A stretch of 64,000 bases of DNA, taken from sequence record PZ445521.1; one strand, written 5' to 3'. The stretch's first letter is position 1, and every line of letters starts with the position of its first letter. Made by a program: the position numbers and the translations under genes. The DNA comes from a phage. A model generated the notes under the pieces. It worked only from the letters and a program-made list of their open reading frames with translations, had not been told where the DNA came from and did no database searches. Below, piece after piece: positions 27,924 through 37,462 of this stretch.

Positions 27924-28385
27924 TCATTGAGTTTTAATTACTGCTTTAGAAGCCTTTCCTGGTAAACGACGACTGTTGATAATTGCCATCCTACATTGAA
28001 GTGACGGGTCTTTGAACTTCTCGTTAGGTTTACAAACTGTAAATCCAAGCCAAAGATTTCCATCTGTGATTTCTAAACGTCCAGGACGATATTCAACCCC
28101 ATCAATAAAATCCTCGTCAATGTCAGGACGCGGAGGCATACTCAGGAATTCATTAACTTCTAAAACATGGTCTTTTATTTTATGGAATAATTCAAAAACA
28201 TATGTCTCATCAATCTCCCGTTGAATTGCACGATCAAGAAGATGTTGAGAATATTTTAGATGAAACGATGAGACCCCTGCTGCTTTTGATGCCTCACGAA
28301 TCTCATTGTTAATTTGACGAAACTCCGACTCAAAGTGACGACGAAGCTTATTTCGACGGATAAAAACTTCAGTGTTGATAGTCAT
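27924..28385 (-). CDS. regB: probable RegB endoribonuclease
   Basis: 153 aa, exact T4 RegB length, between tk and denV, downstream of early promoter-like element; no motif confirmation. Confidence 0.55.
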   Translation of the reverse strand: MTINTEVFIRRNKLRRHFESEFRQINNEIREASKAAGVSSFHLKYSQHLLDRAIQREIDETYVFELFHKIKDHVLEVNEFLSMPPRPDIDEDFIDGVEYRPGRLEITDGNLWLGFTVCKPNEKFKDPSLQCRMAIINSRRLPGKASKAVIKTQ

Positions 28386-28404
28386 GTTATTCTCCTCTTA
28401 ACTG

Positions 28405-28450
28405 ATAGAAAAATTATACCACAGTCAAGAGGAAAAGTAAACAGTTATTC
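28405..28450 (-). promoter_or_regulatory. T4-type early promoter-like element
   Basis: minus-strand TATAAT -10 (forward attata 28413..28418) and GTTTAC hexamer (28437..28442). Confidence 0.5.
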
Positions 28451-28723
28451 TTTAAATCTAATCAATTTATTCATAGACTTTGAAACTTCTGCACGGACCT
28501 CATGTAGGTTTTTAAGTTGTTCAAGACGTTGCTCATAGTAAGCAATTTCATCTTCTTCGAGACAGTCCTGTGAATCTTCTTTAAGATAACGTGCATAGTC
28601 CTGGAAAGCTTTACGGACTACTTCCTGGAAGTCATCAAGACTTTGAATTTTCTTAGGAGCGGCAGATACACGACGAGGGGCAGTATAATACTCATAACCA
28701 AACCCTGCGCTTAATTGAGCCAT
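28445..28723 (-). CDS. hypothetical small protein; candidate Acb2-like (vs.4-position) protein
   Basis: ORF 28445..28765; start at MAQLS (overlapping upstream stop) gives 92 aa; assignment by size and neighbourhood only. Confidence 0.4.
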   Translation of the reverse strand: MAQLSAGFGYEYYTAPRRVSAAPKKIQSLDDFQEVVRKAFQDYARYLKEDSQDCLEEDEIAYYEQRLEQLKNLHEVRAEVSKSMNKLIRFKE

Positions 28724-29025
28724 TAGTATTTTTCCTCTGGTTGAAACACTGCGCGACAAGCCCACATACTGGCTTCTTTGAGTTTCGTTTTAGCAATAGT
28801 TAACTGATCGAGGCTTTCGGCATAATTCTTCGCGAGTTCATCATCTTCACAGCTATCAAATGCTTCCCAAAATTCATCGTATAAAGCATCAAAGATAAGT
28901 CCTAAACGAACTTCAGCGTCTTTAATAGCATTTACTTTACCGATTTTTTCGTCGGTATGTGGCTTATAACCCTTAATATCTTCAATCATATTTGACTTCC
29001 TCACCAGTACATAAATCATATTCAA
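28723..29025 (-). CDS. hypothetical acidic protein
   Basis: 100-aa ORF. Confidence 0.5.
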   Translation of the reverse strand: MNMIYVLVRKSNMIEDIKGYKPHTDEKIGKVNAIKDAEVRLGLIFDALYDEFWEAFDSCEDDELAKNYAESLDQLTIAKTKLKEASMWACRAVFQPEEKY

Positions 29026-29203
29026 CTAAACGAATAGGTTCATGAATGCCATATCCTTGAACAGAAATTTCTGTCGTAGGATAAATTCCATCAATATCAC
29101 CCATATTCCAGGCTTCGTTAAATTGCTGTTCGCCTGAATTACTAAACCACTCGGCGAAAGCATTTAGCACATCTTTAGAACCTTCAATAATTATCTTTGC
29201 CAT
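28982..29203 (-). CDS. hypothetical small protein
   Basis: 73-aa ORF. Confidence 0.45.
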   Translation of the reverse strand: MAKIIIEGSKDVLNAFAEWFSNSGEQQFNEAWNMGDIDGIYPTTEISVQGYGIHEPIRLVEYDLCTGEEVKYD

Positions 29204-29565
29204 TACAAACTCTCAGTAAAGGTACGAGCGATAACGTCGCGCTGCTGTTCCGGAGTCAGAGAGTTAAAGCGAACTGCATAACCGGATACACGGATGGTCA
29301 GCTGCGGATATTTTTCCGGATGCTTAACTGCATCTTCCAGAGTTTCACGACGCAGAACGTTAACGTTCAGGTGTTGACCACCTTCAATTTTAACTGTAGG
29401 CTGTGGCTCAATTTCAATTTCACGAGCATGCAAACCGTAGAAAATTTCTGGGTCTACAAAAGAGTCCTCTTTAAAGGTTTTAGAGACAATAATTCGTGCT
29501 TGAATACCATCTTCAAAATAAATAGTACCTTTATGTGTGCCTTCAAGAATTTGATATGCTTTCAT
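29203..29565 (-). CDS. Autonomous glycyl radical cofactor (GrcA/YfiD-like)
   Basis: 120 aa; C-terminal RVSGYAVRF glycyl-radical motif and [35 protein letters not shown] region; coding DNA markedly GC-richer than surroundings. Confidence 0.8.
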   Translation of the reverse strand: MKAYQILEGTHKGTIYFEDGIQARIIVSKTFKEDSFVDPEIFYGLHAREIEIEPQPTVKIEGGQHLNVNVLRRETLEDAVKHPEKYPQLTIRVSGYAVRFNSLTPEQQRDVIARTFTESL

Positions 29566-29572
29566 ATAAACC

Positions 29573-29899
29573 TCAATTAGAAAATAAATTTATCCAAGAT
29601 TGTTCTTTAATTAAAAATGGCTCAGAATCATATGCCATTAAACTCTGTGTGATTAGTCCTTTAAAAGGCCCATCAATAAATTCCATGGTAAAATATGGAA
29701 TTTTATTCATTAGCCGTGCATTAGGAGCAGTACATAAAACTCTACATCCTTTGAATACGCCTTTTTGTAATTTGTATTGCTTAGGATAAAATTCGCTTAA
29801 AATGTTGTTATTTGCCAAAATTTCAAAATGATTTACCAATTTATTTTTAATAGTTTTTGGCGAAAAATAGAGATATTCGAAAAGCTGTGTGTCTGTCAT
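29573..29899 (-). CDS. hypothetical protein
   Basis: ORF 29573..29953; start at internal Met overlapping upstream stop. Confidence 0.45.
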   Translation of the reverse strand: MTDTQLFEYLYFSPKTIKNKLVNHFEILANNNILSEFYPKQYKLQKGVFKGCRVLCTAPNARLMNKIPYFTMEFIDGPFKGLITQSLMAYDSEPFLIKEQSWINLFSN

Positions 29900-30438
29900 T
29901 ATTGCATTCCGATTACGAAAAACTGTGGACGAGTAATACCACCAATGCAACATTTACTATTACAGCAGTAGTGTACAGTGTCAATATGGACGCTATAAAT
30001 CTTATCCATATCAGGAGATTTGACAGGCTCATCAATTATATACAAAATTCGCGAAAGCGATAAACCTCTGAACTTGCTTCCTTTATTACCAATAAAACTG
30101 CGCACAGAATCAGTAAATAAACGAAAACGTATATCATCATTAGAATAACGCGAAAATTCCTTTTTAATGTTATTTGCAGAAATTTTAGCGTAAGCTGAAG
30201 TATTAGAAAGAACAATAACTGTTCCACCGTCATACAACCAATTAGCGGCAAAATTAGTTACTGCAGTTGATTTACCAGATTGACGTCCACCATCTAGTCG
30301 AAGTGTGCAATACTGCTTAAGTAAGTCTTCAAATGGCGGGATATATTCGTTTTTACAAATTTCTTCTACTCTAGCATCAGAATGGTGTGTAAAAGCATTC
30401 ATCAGGGATAGATAAGGACCAGTTAAAAATGTTCTCAT
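29899..30438 (-). CDS. predicted small P-loop NTPase
   Basis: 179 aa; Walker A GGRQSGKS and Walker B ILYIIDE. Confidence 0.55.
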   Translation of the reverse strand: MRTFLTGPYLSLMNAFTHHSDARVEEICKNEYIPPFEDLLKQYCTLRLDGGRQSGKSTAVTNFAANWLYDGGTVIVLSNTSAYAKISANNIKKEFSRYSNDDIRFRLFTDSVRSFIGNKGSKFRGLSLSRILYIIDEPVKSPDMDKIYSVHIDTVHYCCNSKCCIGGITRPQFFVIGMQ

Positions 30439-30578
30439 TTCTTCTCTCTAAGTTTGGGCCATTCCATGGCGCATGAATTGTCCATTTCTGTATTTACCCA
30501 TTACCGCGCTTGGGCTCGACCTTATTACAGGTTGGCGGGAATCCCTCATAGAATCATGAGGTCCAGGTTGTTCCCATG

Positions 30579-31052
30579 TTATTTGAACGATTTAACGTAC
30601 TGAATAGAACCTTTACTATTCACAAAGGCAATTTTACCATTTTTGTTATACATGGTAGCAGTACGTTGATAGCCATAAGTTTGTTTACCAGATTGATAAC
30701 CAACTAATGCAAAATTATCTTCGCCCATTTTATTCTGTTTAGCGCGGATGCGTTCATGACCATGTGCCATAAGAACCTTAGCATCACCGGTTGCAATGGA
30801 TCGACGAGTTTTTTCATCTTCAACTGTATTAACAAAGTCGTCAAATGAATCAAATTTAGCATGAGATTTATTATACAGTTTTCCATCTACTGCATAATTA
30901 TATCCCTGTACATCCATCTCAACTTCTGTACCATCATCCAATACAGCAGTGATTTTTTGACCTTTTTTAAATTTCAAAAGATCAGTAAAAGATTCAGCAA
31001 TAATTTGAGAATTAATAGCTGCTTCAGTGATAAATTCTTGATATGTTTTCAT
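30579..31052 (-). CDS. internal (head-packaged) protein candidate with capsid targeting sequence
   Basis: 157 aa; N-terminus MKTYQEFITE; next to denV. Confidence 0.6.
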   Translation of the reverse strand: MKTYQEFITEAAINSQIIAESFTDLLKFKKGQKITAVLDDGTEVEMDVQGYNYAVDGKLYNKSHAKFDSFDDFVNTVEDEKTRRSIATGDAKVLMAHGHERIRAKQNKMGEDNFALVGYQSGKQTYGYQRTATMYNKNGKIAFVNSKGSIQYVKSFK

Positions 31053-31068
31053 ATGATTCCTTTAATTT

Positions 31069-31386
31069 TTATTCTTTAGGAAAATTTTTAGAATATGCGT
31101 CGTAAAGCTTATTTCCAATACGACGAAAAACTCTAGCTGCAAAACGATTTTCTGGGTTTTTAATCATAATTTGCATCATATAAGTACCCGCGTCTGAAAG
31201 AGCTTCTTCATAGTACCCGTTAATTTCTTTAAGAGTCCTACGTTTACCACCAGGACCATCAACAGTGATTTTCCATTTACCTGTAGAAGTGCGACTCGGC
31301 GGCTCAACTTGTTCAATCCAAATATAACCGCCTTCTACACGTTGTCCTGCAGCAGATTCTGCAATAAATTCTTGATATGTTTTCAT
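31069..31386 (-). CDS. internal (head-packaged) protein candidate with capsid targeting sequence
   Basis: 105 aa; N-terminus MKTYQEFIAE. Confidence 0.6.
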   Translation of the reverse strand: MKTYQEFIAESAAGQRVEGGYIWIEQVEPPSRTSTGKWKITVDGPGGKRRTLKEINGYYEEALSDAGTYMMQIMIKNPENRFAARVFRRIGNKLYDAYSKNFPKE

Positions 31387-31395
31387 ATGTTTCCT

Positions 31396-31812
31396 TTAAA
31401 TGTAAATATTTTTACCGTAATACTTATACCAATGTGGTTTCATTAAAATTTTTTCATCAAGTCGTTGTTGACTCAATTTAATAGCTGATTTGCATGGATT
31501 ATAATCATTTTTCCATTCTACTGGAATATCGCTGATGTCAGGAACTTCAGTATCTTTTATACTGAACCCTCGTTTTAAGCATTCCGTTATAATGTCTGAT
31601 TGACGCTTTCGCAAAAATTCTAACTTATCGTAAAAGAACGTGACATGACCAGAACCTAAAATAAACTCGGAAGATATTTTAAAATCTTTAACGCGCTTAC
31701 CGTTTGCCACATGCTTACGAACTATACCAAAAACACGTGGCAATTCACGGTATTCTGCGATTAAATGTTGATCAGCAAGTTCAGATACTAAAGTCAAATT
31801 AATACGAGTCAT
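31396..31812 (-). CDS. denV: Endonuclease V (pyrimidine dimer DNA glycosylase)
   Basis: 138 aa, N-terminal [12 protein letters not shown]; adjacent to lysozyme gene. Confidence 0.8.
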   Translation of the reverse strand: MTRINLTLVSELADQHLIAEYRELPRVFGIVRKHVANGKRVKDFKISSEFILGSGHVTFFYDKLEFLRKRQSDIITECLKRGFSIKDTEVPDISDIPVEWKNDYNPCKSAIKLSQQRLDEKILMKPHWYKYYGKNIYI

Positions 31813-31829
31813 TTTATCCCTCCAAGTAA

Positions 31830-31871
31830 CTGTGAATATACTATCACAATTCTAGGAGAAAGTAAACAACT

Positions 31872-31872
<1 letters not shown>
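31830..31872 (-). promoter_or_regulatory. T4-type early promoter-like element
   Basis: GTTTAC hexamer (31861..31866) with TAGTAT -10-like block. Confidence 0.4.
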
Positions 31873-32840
<968 letters not shown>

Positions 32841-32859
<19 letters not shown>

Positions 32860-33329
32860 TCAGTGATAAAGCTATTTAAATTTTGGGTATATTTCTTTTC
32901 ATCAAAAATCTTTTGTTGTCTGCGTAAACGCCATGGCATTTCAATGAACGTGTACCATATCCCAGATAATATTGCTGCTGTAAAAATATTAACAAGTATG
33001 GTTAAAATAATCCAATCTCCCGTTCTGTCTACTGGACTTTCTCCAAAGAAGCAAAATACAAATGATGTCACAGGAAAACTAATAATGTACCACAGAATCA
33101 TAATTTTATCTGTGAACCAATCAGCATTTGTTAACTTAGCACGACCATTATGAATACACACGAATTTATCATCTGTTATAATAGATGGCTTAGCTGCTTG
33201 ATATCCCATTCTAAACTCCCTAATCAACAAATTTTTCATATCTTCGGAACAACCATTCCAGTCAACTCTATTAACTGAAATGCCATCATCCCCATCATCT
33301 AAATCATACCAGCGAGTTTTTAAAATCAT
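32841..33329 (-). CDS. hypothetical membrane protein with C-terminal FITECRKLK motif
   Basis: 162 aa; two hydrophobic segments. Confidence 0.55.
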
Positions 33330-33700
33330 TTAATTTTCCTACAATCACTCACAAACTCTTCCATTGATTCTTTTTCAATATAAGACATGTAGTTATTATA
33401 TTCTTTTAATTGTATTTTGTAATCCTTTTTTCTTTGCCAATTTATTTTAAAATTATCATAATGAAAATATAAAATAATACCAAAGAATGAAAATAATGAA
33501 ATCGCTATAGTATAATGAAGTTCACTCCAAACTTCTATTATATCTACTATACCGCTGACATTACTGCGGATGTTTAAAATAATACAGTCAATCATTAATC
33601 CAATAAGACTACCAGCAAGAGCTGCAGCCAACGCCACAGCAAAAATTAAAAATGACTCAGAAAAAGAATATTTGACTTTATTTAGTTTTGGCTTTTGCAT
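33326..33700 (-). CDS. hypothetical membrane protein with C-terminal FVSDCRKIK motif
   Basis: 124 aa; two hydrophobic segments. Confidence 0.55.
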   Translation of the reverse strand: MQKPKLNKVKYSFSESFLIFAVALAAALAGSLIGLMIDCIILNIRSNVSGIVDIIEVWSELHYTIAISLFSFFGIILYFHYDNFKINWQRKKDYKIQLKEYNNYMSYIEKESMEEFVSDCRKIK

Positions 33701-34095
33701 CGTGATTCCTTAACAAATTTCATAATTTCGTTAAATTCATGCATATCTAATTTAAGCTGGTGTTCCTTTTTAATCTTTTTACACTGAGCTTTCCATTCAC
33801 GTACACGTTTACGATAATGTCTTCCTTGATACCAGTATCCTACCCAATTTACCGGTACTAATAAAAGTGGAACTACCAATGGAAGAATTAGCATTAACAC
33901 AAGTATTTCGCCAGAATCAATATCAGTCATAACATCTAAAACACCTCCAATAATCAATAGAATTACAAATGATATAAGTATAACAGGACCTATTAATACA
34001 TCGGTAGAAATTATCTGGTGCTTTGATTCATACTTCAAAGGTTTACTTGGAAGGTATAGTGATGGTTTTGACATATTCTCTACATTCCTTAACAA
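33682..34095 (-). CDS. hypothetical membrane protein with C-terminal FVKESRCKSQN motif
   Basis: 137 aa; two hydrophobic segments. Confidence 0.55.
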   Translation of the reverse strand: MLRNVENMSKPSLYLPSKPLKYESKHQIISTDVLIGPVILISFVILLIIGGVLDVMTDIDSGEILVLMLILPLVVPLLLVPVNWVGYWYQGRHYRKRVREWKAQCKKIKKEHQLKLDMHEFNEIMKFVKESRCKSQN

Positions 34096-34651
34096 ATTTT
34101 TCTAATAATAAATCGCTTTCAAAATTGGGATTTTCCACGAATTTATCAAAAAGATCATCAACAATAGTTAAGATATTCTTTTTACTAAGAATACGTTTAT
34201 TTTCATGCTTCGTTTCAGAATCAACTATAAGAGTAAAGAAATATTTCTTGCCCTGAAATTTTACCGTAGTATCAATATAGAATAAATTTGACTTTTGTAA
34301 ATTACGTTTAAACCATGCGTCACTTAAACTATAAACACCGAGATAATCATAATCGTCATTTAAATAACATACTGTCCATTCAGGGGAAACGAAATCAGTA
34401 AATTCAACGTCAAAATCGCATGTTAATAAATGAATTGATTCAATACTGTTAATAAGTATTCCAGGACGTATTAAAGACTTTTTACCTCTGGAAAATCTTC
34501 CAGAAAGACTTTCATCAGTTTCATATGAAGAACCCCAATAATAATTACGTCCTTCTGCCATACGTTTAAGAGCATTTAGTAATTGGTCTGGAACATCAAC
34601 TTGTCTTTGGAATTCTTCAAACATTGAATTGAAATCACTTTGCATTTTCAT
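34043..34651 (-). CDS. hypothetical protein with C-terminal FVKECREYVK motif
   Basis: 202-aa ORF, no clear hydrophobic segment. Confidence 0.55.
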   Translation of the reverse strand: MKMQSDFNSMFEEFQRQVDVPDQLLNALKRMAEGRNYYWGSSYETDESLSGRFSRGKKSLIRPGILINSIESIHLLTCDFDVEFTDFVSPEWTVCYLNDDYDYLGVYSLSDAWFKRNLQKSNLFYIDTTVKFQGKKYFFTLIVDSETKHENKRILSKKNILTIVDDLFDKFVENPNFESDLLLEKFVKECREYVKTITIPSK

Positions 34652-34672
34652 TCCTATTTACTCCAAGTAATA

Positions 34673-34686
34673 GGGGCCGAAGCCCC
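34673..34686 (-). terminator. stem-loop (UUCG loop on transcript)
   Basis: ggggc-cgaa-gcccc hairpin 3' of ORF 34693..35286. Confidence 0.4.
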
Positions 34687-34692
34687 TTATCA

Positions 34693-35286
34693 TTATTTCA
34701 GAGAATTAATATATTCCTGAACATCGGCAGAGGTGGTTTCAACCCCAGAAATATTACCATTAAAGGTTTCAACTCGAGCAAGAGTATCTTCAATATCAAC
34801 CTTAGTCAGTGCTGCAATTTCAACTACATCATCGGCAGTACTAATTCCAAGTGCATTCGCTGCTCGAGTTTCACGGATATATTCCAATTTAACTGCAAGT
34901 TCTTGGCGAGCATCATCCAATTCAACTACTTTCTTGGCGATTTCAATTCGCATTTCAGCATACCCATCAGCTTTAGTAGTTAACTGTTCAGCTGTTCGAC
35001 GATATAGCAAGCCGAGTTTAGCATGCATTGTTACATCTTGACCTTCAGAAAGAAGCTTGCGAATTTCACGCTCTTTTGATTCGGCCTGCTTATTCTTTTC
35101 AACGATAAGTTCACGAATACGCTTTTCTTCATTAATAGATTTAATAGAAGCAGTTTTTAGATCTTTAATTTTATCAAGTAGTTTTGCTGCTGCAGCAGTA
35201 TACTGTTCTTCAACAGATAGATTTTTAGCCATAGCAGAACCAAGTTTAGTGCGAATAAACTCAACAATTTTCTTCAGTGTGTTCAT
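34693..35286 (-). CDS. hypothetical coiled-coil protein (PspA/IM30-like composition)
   Basis: 197 aa, predicted long helical charged repeats; family assignment tentative. Confidence 0.5.
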   Translation of the reverse strand: MNTLKKIVEFIRTKLGSAMAKNLSVEEQYTAAAAKLLDKIKDLKTASIKSINEEKRIRELIVEKNKQAESKEREIRKLLSEGQDVTMHAKLGLLYRRTAEQLTTKADGYAEMRIEIAKKVVELDDARQELAVKLEYIRETRAANALGISTADDVVEIAALTKVDIEDTLARVETFNGNISGVETTSADVQEYINSLK

Positions 35287-35335
35287 AGTATTTCCTTAGG
35301 TTGATTAAGATTTAAAATCCGTGAGAGTATTATAC

Positions 35336-35512
35336 TCCGGATAGTTTGTAAACTATTTCAACATCGCCTTTTGCTGCTTTATAACCTTCAGCCCAAGATA
35401 TAACCGAGTTTTTATCTGAAGATTCAAATTCTGGCATTGGGCTTTCGCCAATGTTCACGCAGTATGTTTCTTCATTTTCGTCGAACCAAATAATTAAAGT
35501 AGTCATTTATTT
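35336..35512 (-). CDS. hypothetical small protein (58 aa)
   Basis: Hand-translated ORF MTTLIIWFDENEE...; below ORF-track cutoff. Confidence 0.3.
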
Positions 35513-35574
35513 CTCCGTTTCTGTATTTGTTTTGATAAGTCTATAATAACACCGTCCTTGGTGTTTGTACACAA

Positions 35575-35838
35575 TTATTTCATATTATTGAAATATTCTT
35601 CTGCGATTTCGTCGTTATCATGGTAAACTTTAGAAGACAGTTTAACATAACCTTCAGCAGTGAACATATTAATCACAACCTTTACAGTATACCACTGACC
35701 ATCTTCATTACCCATTACTGCGTAAGTTTCAAACATCGGATGGTCAGGACCGATAACTTTAATATCATTCACTGTACGACCAAAATCTTCTGAAACACAT
35801 TTCATAAAGAAGTTGAACAGTTCGCCGTAATTATCCAT
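35575..35838 (-). CDS. hypothetical protein
   Basis: ORF 35575..35970; start moved to Met45 (MDNYGELF, GGAGAA upstream) because the N-terminal codons read through the promoter-like element. Confidence 0.5.
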   Translation of the reverse strand: MDNYGELFNFFMKCVSEDFGRTVNDIKVIGPDHPMFETYAVMGNEDGQWYTVKVVINMFTAEGYVKLSSKVYHDNDEIAEEYFNNMK

Positions 35839-35869
35839 TTCATTCTCCAAGTTGTTTTTCTGTATCAGT

Positions 35870-35930
35870 AGTTGATAGTTGTATAGTACCATGGAAGAAT
35901 AGGGATGTAAACAGTTTTGTGAAAAATTTT
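35870..35930 (-). promoter_or_regulatory. T4-type early promoter-like element
   Basis: GATAGTTGTATAGTACCATGG block, GTTTAC hexamer (35907..35912), AAAACTGTTTTGTGAAAAATTTTT block. Confidence 0.5.
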
Positions 35931-36040
35931 TTAAAAAGTTTTGGGGGAATTCTAGGGCAGGGAGGGGCAATTAAAGGATAGGATAATATATTATAAAGGA
36001 TAGAAACTAAATGATGCCTAGAGAGGCCCGGAAAGGCCTA

Positions 36041-36064
36041 GATACCAAAAAGCCCCAACCTTTT
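36041..36064 (-). terminator. intrinsic terminator hairpin (copy 1 of near-identical pair)
   Basis: agccccaacc-tttt-ggtcggggct, 10-bp stem with one mismatch, U-run follows on minus transcript. Confidence 0.55.
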
Positions 36065-36081
36065 GGTCGGGGCTAAGAATG

Positions 36082-36555
36082 TTATTTGATTTGTTTAGCA
36101 GACCAAATGCGGTCTTTAATAATTTTTTGGATGTCTTCAACATACTCAAGAGAGTGAGCATGTGGGTTATCTTTGAAACTATAAGCACGAGCTAGCTTTT
36201 GGCCTTCAGTTTTGATTACTAAAAGCTCTTTAAGGATAGCTTCATATTTGGAGATAATTCCTTTAACAATATTTTTCTCTTGTGTAGCTTTAGGATCTGC
36301 TTTAGGAGCAGGTTTACCTGAAGCCTTTGCAAAAGCAGCTCCAGTAGCAACTAAACTTTTCCAGGCCATACTAACTGCATTTCCCGTAAATCCTTCCGCT
36401 TTCATGTCGCGTGCGAACTGGAATCGCGATTCATCAGAAGCATCTTTATAAGAATATTTACCCGCTGCAATGGCTGCTTTTGCGACAGCTTGAATTTCGG
36501 TGCTAGATGCTTCATTTAACACCGCTTCATTTAAAAATTGAGCATATGATTTCAT
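36082..36555 (-). CDS. internal (head-packaged) protein candidate with capsid targeting sequence
   Basis: 157 aa; N-terminus MKSYAQFLNE; Ala/Lys-rich; late-promoter motif upstream. Confidence 0.55.
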   Translation of the reverse strand: MKSYAQFLNEAVLNEASSTEIQAVAKAAIAAGKYSYKDASDESRFQFARDMKAEGFTGNAVSMAWKSLVATGAAFAKASGKPAPKADPKATQEKNIVKGIISKYEAILKELLVIKTEGQKLARAYSFKDNPHAHSLEYVEDIQKIIKDRIWSAKQIK

Positions 36556-36591
36556 CTTATTTCCTGTTTTAATTCGTGGTTTTAATATACT

Positions 36592-36599
36592 TATTTATA
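36592..36599 (-). promoter_or_regulatory. late promoter motif TATAAATA (minus strand)
   Basis: forward tatttata about 40 nt upstream of ORF 36082..36555 start. Confidence 0.45.
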
Positions 36600-36605
36600 C
36601 TAAAA

Positions 36606-36629
36606 AGCCCCAACCTTTCGGTCGGGGCT
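36606..36629 (-). terminator. intrinsic terminator hairpin (copy 2 of near-identical pair)
   Basis: agccccaacc-tttc-ggtcggggct followed by U-run on minus transcript. Confidence 0.55.
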
Positions 36630-36680
36630 AAGCCTTGCGGCAACCTTGTCGGGGTTCCACCTGCTAAGGCAAGTGTTTGT

Positions 36681-36772
36681 ACGAAACGCCGGGATTCGAA
36701 CCCGGTTATTAAGCAGTTGACGCTACTCAATATTTTTAAAAGGCCATATCTCGACCATATCCGAACGTTCCG
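36681..36772 (-). ncRNA. tRNA-like element (possible degenerate tRNA or small stable RNA)
   Basis: 7-bp acceptor-like pairing (cggaacg/cgtttcg) and canonical T-arm ccggg-TTCGAAT-cccgg, but about 44 nt between D-region and T-arm without a recognisable anticodon arm. Confidence 0.3.
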
Positions 36773-36940
36773 TCAAAAACGCTACTCGGCTTACGGCAAA
36801 GATATTTCCTCGAATCGATAATTCGGTGCGCCGTTTCTGCTGTGATATAAGGGGACATTAACAAAACATAAAGATTTATTAATGCCAGTCCTTAAACAGG
36901 GAACATCAGTCCGACGACTTACCGGTAGCGACCCGGTTTC

Positions 36941-37288
36941 TTATTCTGACATATAATAAAGTTGCTCACGTCGTCTACGCCATAAATTAATTGCTTCATG
37001 AGCACATTCAGCGTTCAGGATAGGACGACAATAATATAACGACTCACGTTTTTGGAACCGATGCTGCAATGGGATTTCATTTAAAAGGTCTTTACGATCA
37101 AAGTATTCGTAACCATCTAAACCTACTGAACGATTTTTAATAAACTTCCAATGGCCGAATTCATTCTGAATATAAATGTAATCAGCGTGTTGGTATAATG
37201 CCATAATCTCACGGTCAGAAATAGCTGTTTCATGTTCGTTAAAATAAAACGTTAAATCATGTACTACTAAGTAAACATTACCTTTCAT
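36941..37288 (-). CDS. hypothetical protein
   Basis: 115-aa ORF immediately downstream of tRNA cluster. Confidence 0.5.
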   Translation of the reverse strand: MKGNVYLVVHDLTFYFNEHETAISDREIMALYQHADYIYIQNEFGHWKFIKNRSVGLDGYEYFDRKDLLNEIPLQHRFQKRESLYYCRPILNAECAHEAINLWRRRREQLYYMSE

Positions 37289-37306
37289 ATTTTCCTCACT
37301 TATAAT

Positions 37307-37382
37307 TGGTCGAGGCAGTAGGGATCGAACCTACGACCTAGGACTTAGAAGGTCCTTGCTCTTCCTTCTGAGCTATGCCCCG
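37307..37382 (-). tRNA. tRNA-Arg (anticodon UCU)
   Basis: Hand-folded cloverleaf: acceptor cggggca/tgcctcg, D-arm TAGCTCAG, anticodon loop cu-UCU-aa, T-arm GGTTCGATCC, encoded CCA. Confidence 0.8.
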
Positions 37383-37386
37383 TAAT

Positions 37387-37462
37387 TGGGGTGACCGATG
37401 GGAGTCGAACCCATGACTACGAGAATCACAATCTCGAGTTCTACCAACTGAACTACGGCCAC
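37387..37462 (-). tRNA. tRNA-His (anticodon GUG)
   Basis: Cloverleaf: anticodon stem cgaga/tctcg, loop uu-GUG-au, T-arm atggg-TTCGACT-cccat, discriminator C, encoded CCA; no encoded G-1. Confidence 0.65.

Noticed and set aside
20556-30251. Short ORFs on either strand nested within longer minus-strand genes (20556..20759, 20888..21082, 21417..21632, 23713..23895, 24522..24722, 26400..26693, 28012..28224, 28314..28538, 29197..29580, 29535..29789, 29857..30063, 30036..30251)
   Set aside because: Nested in or antisense to longer, motif-supported genes.
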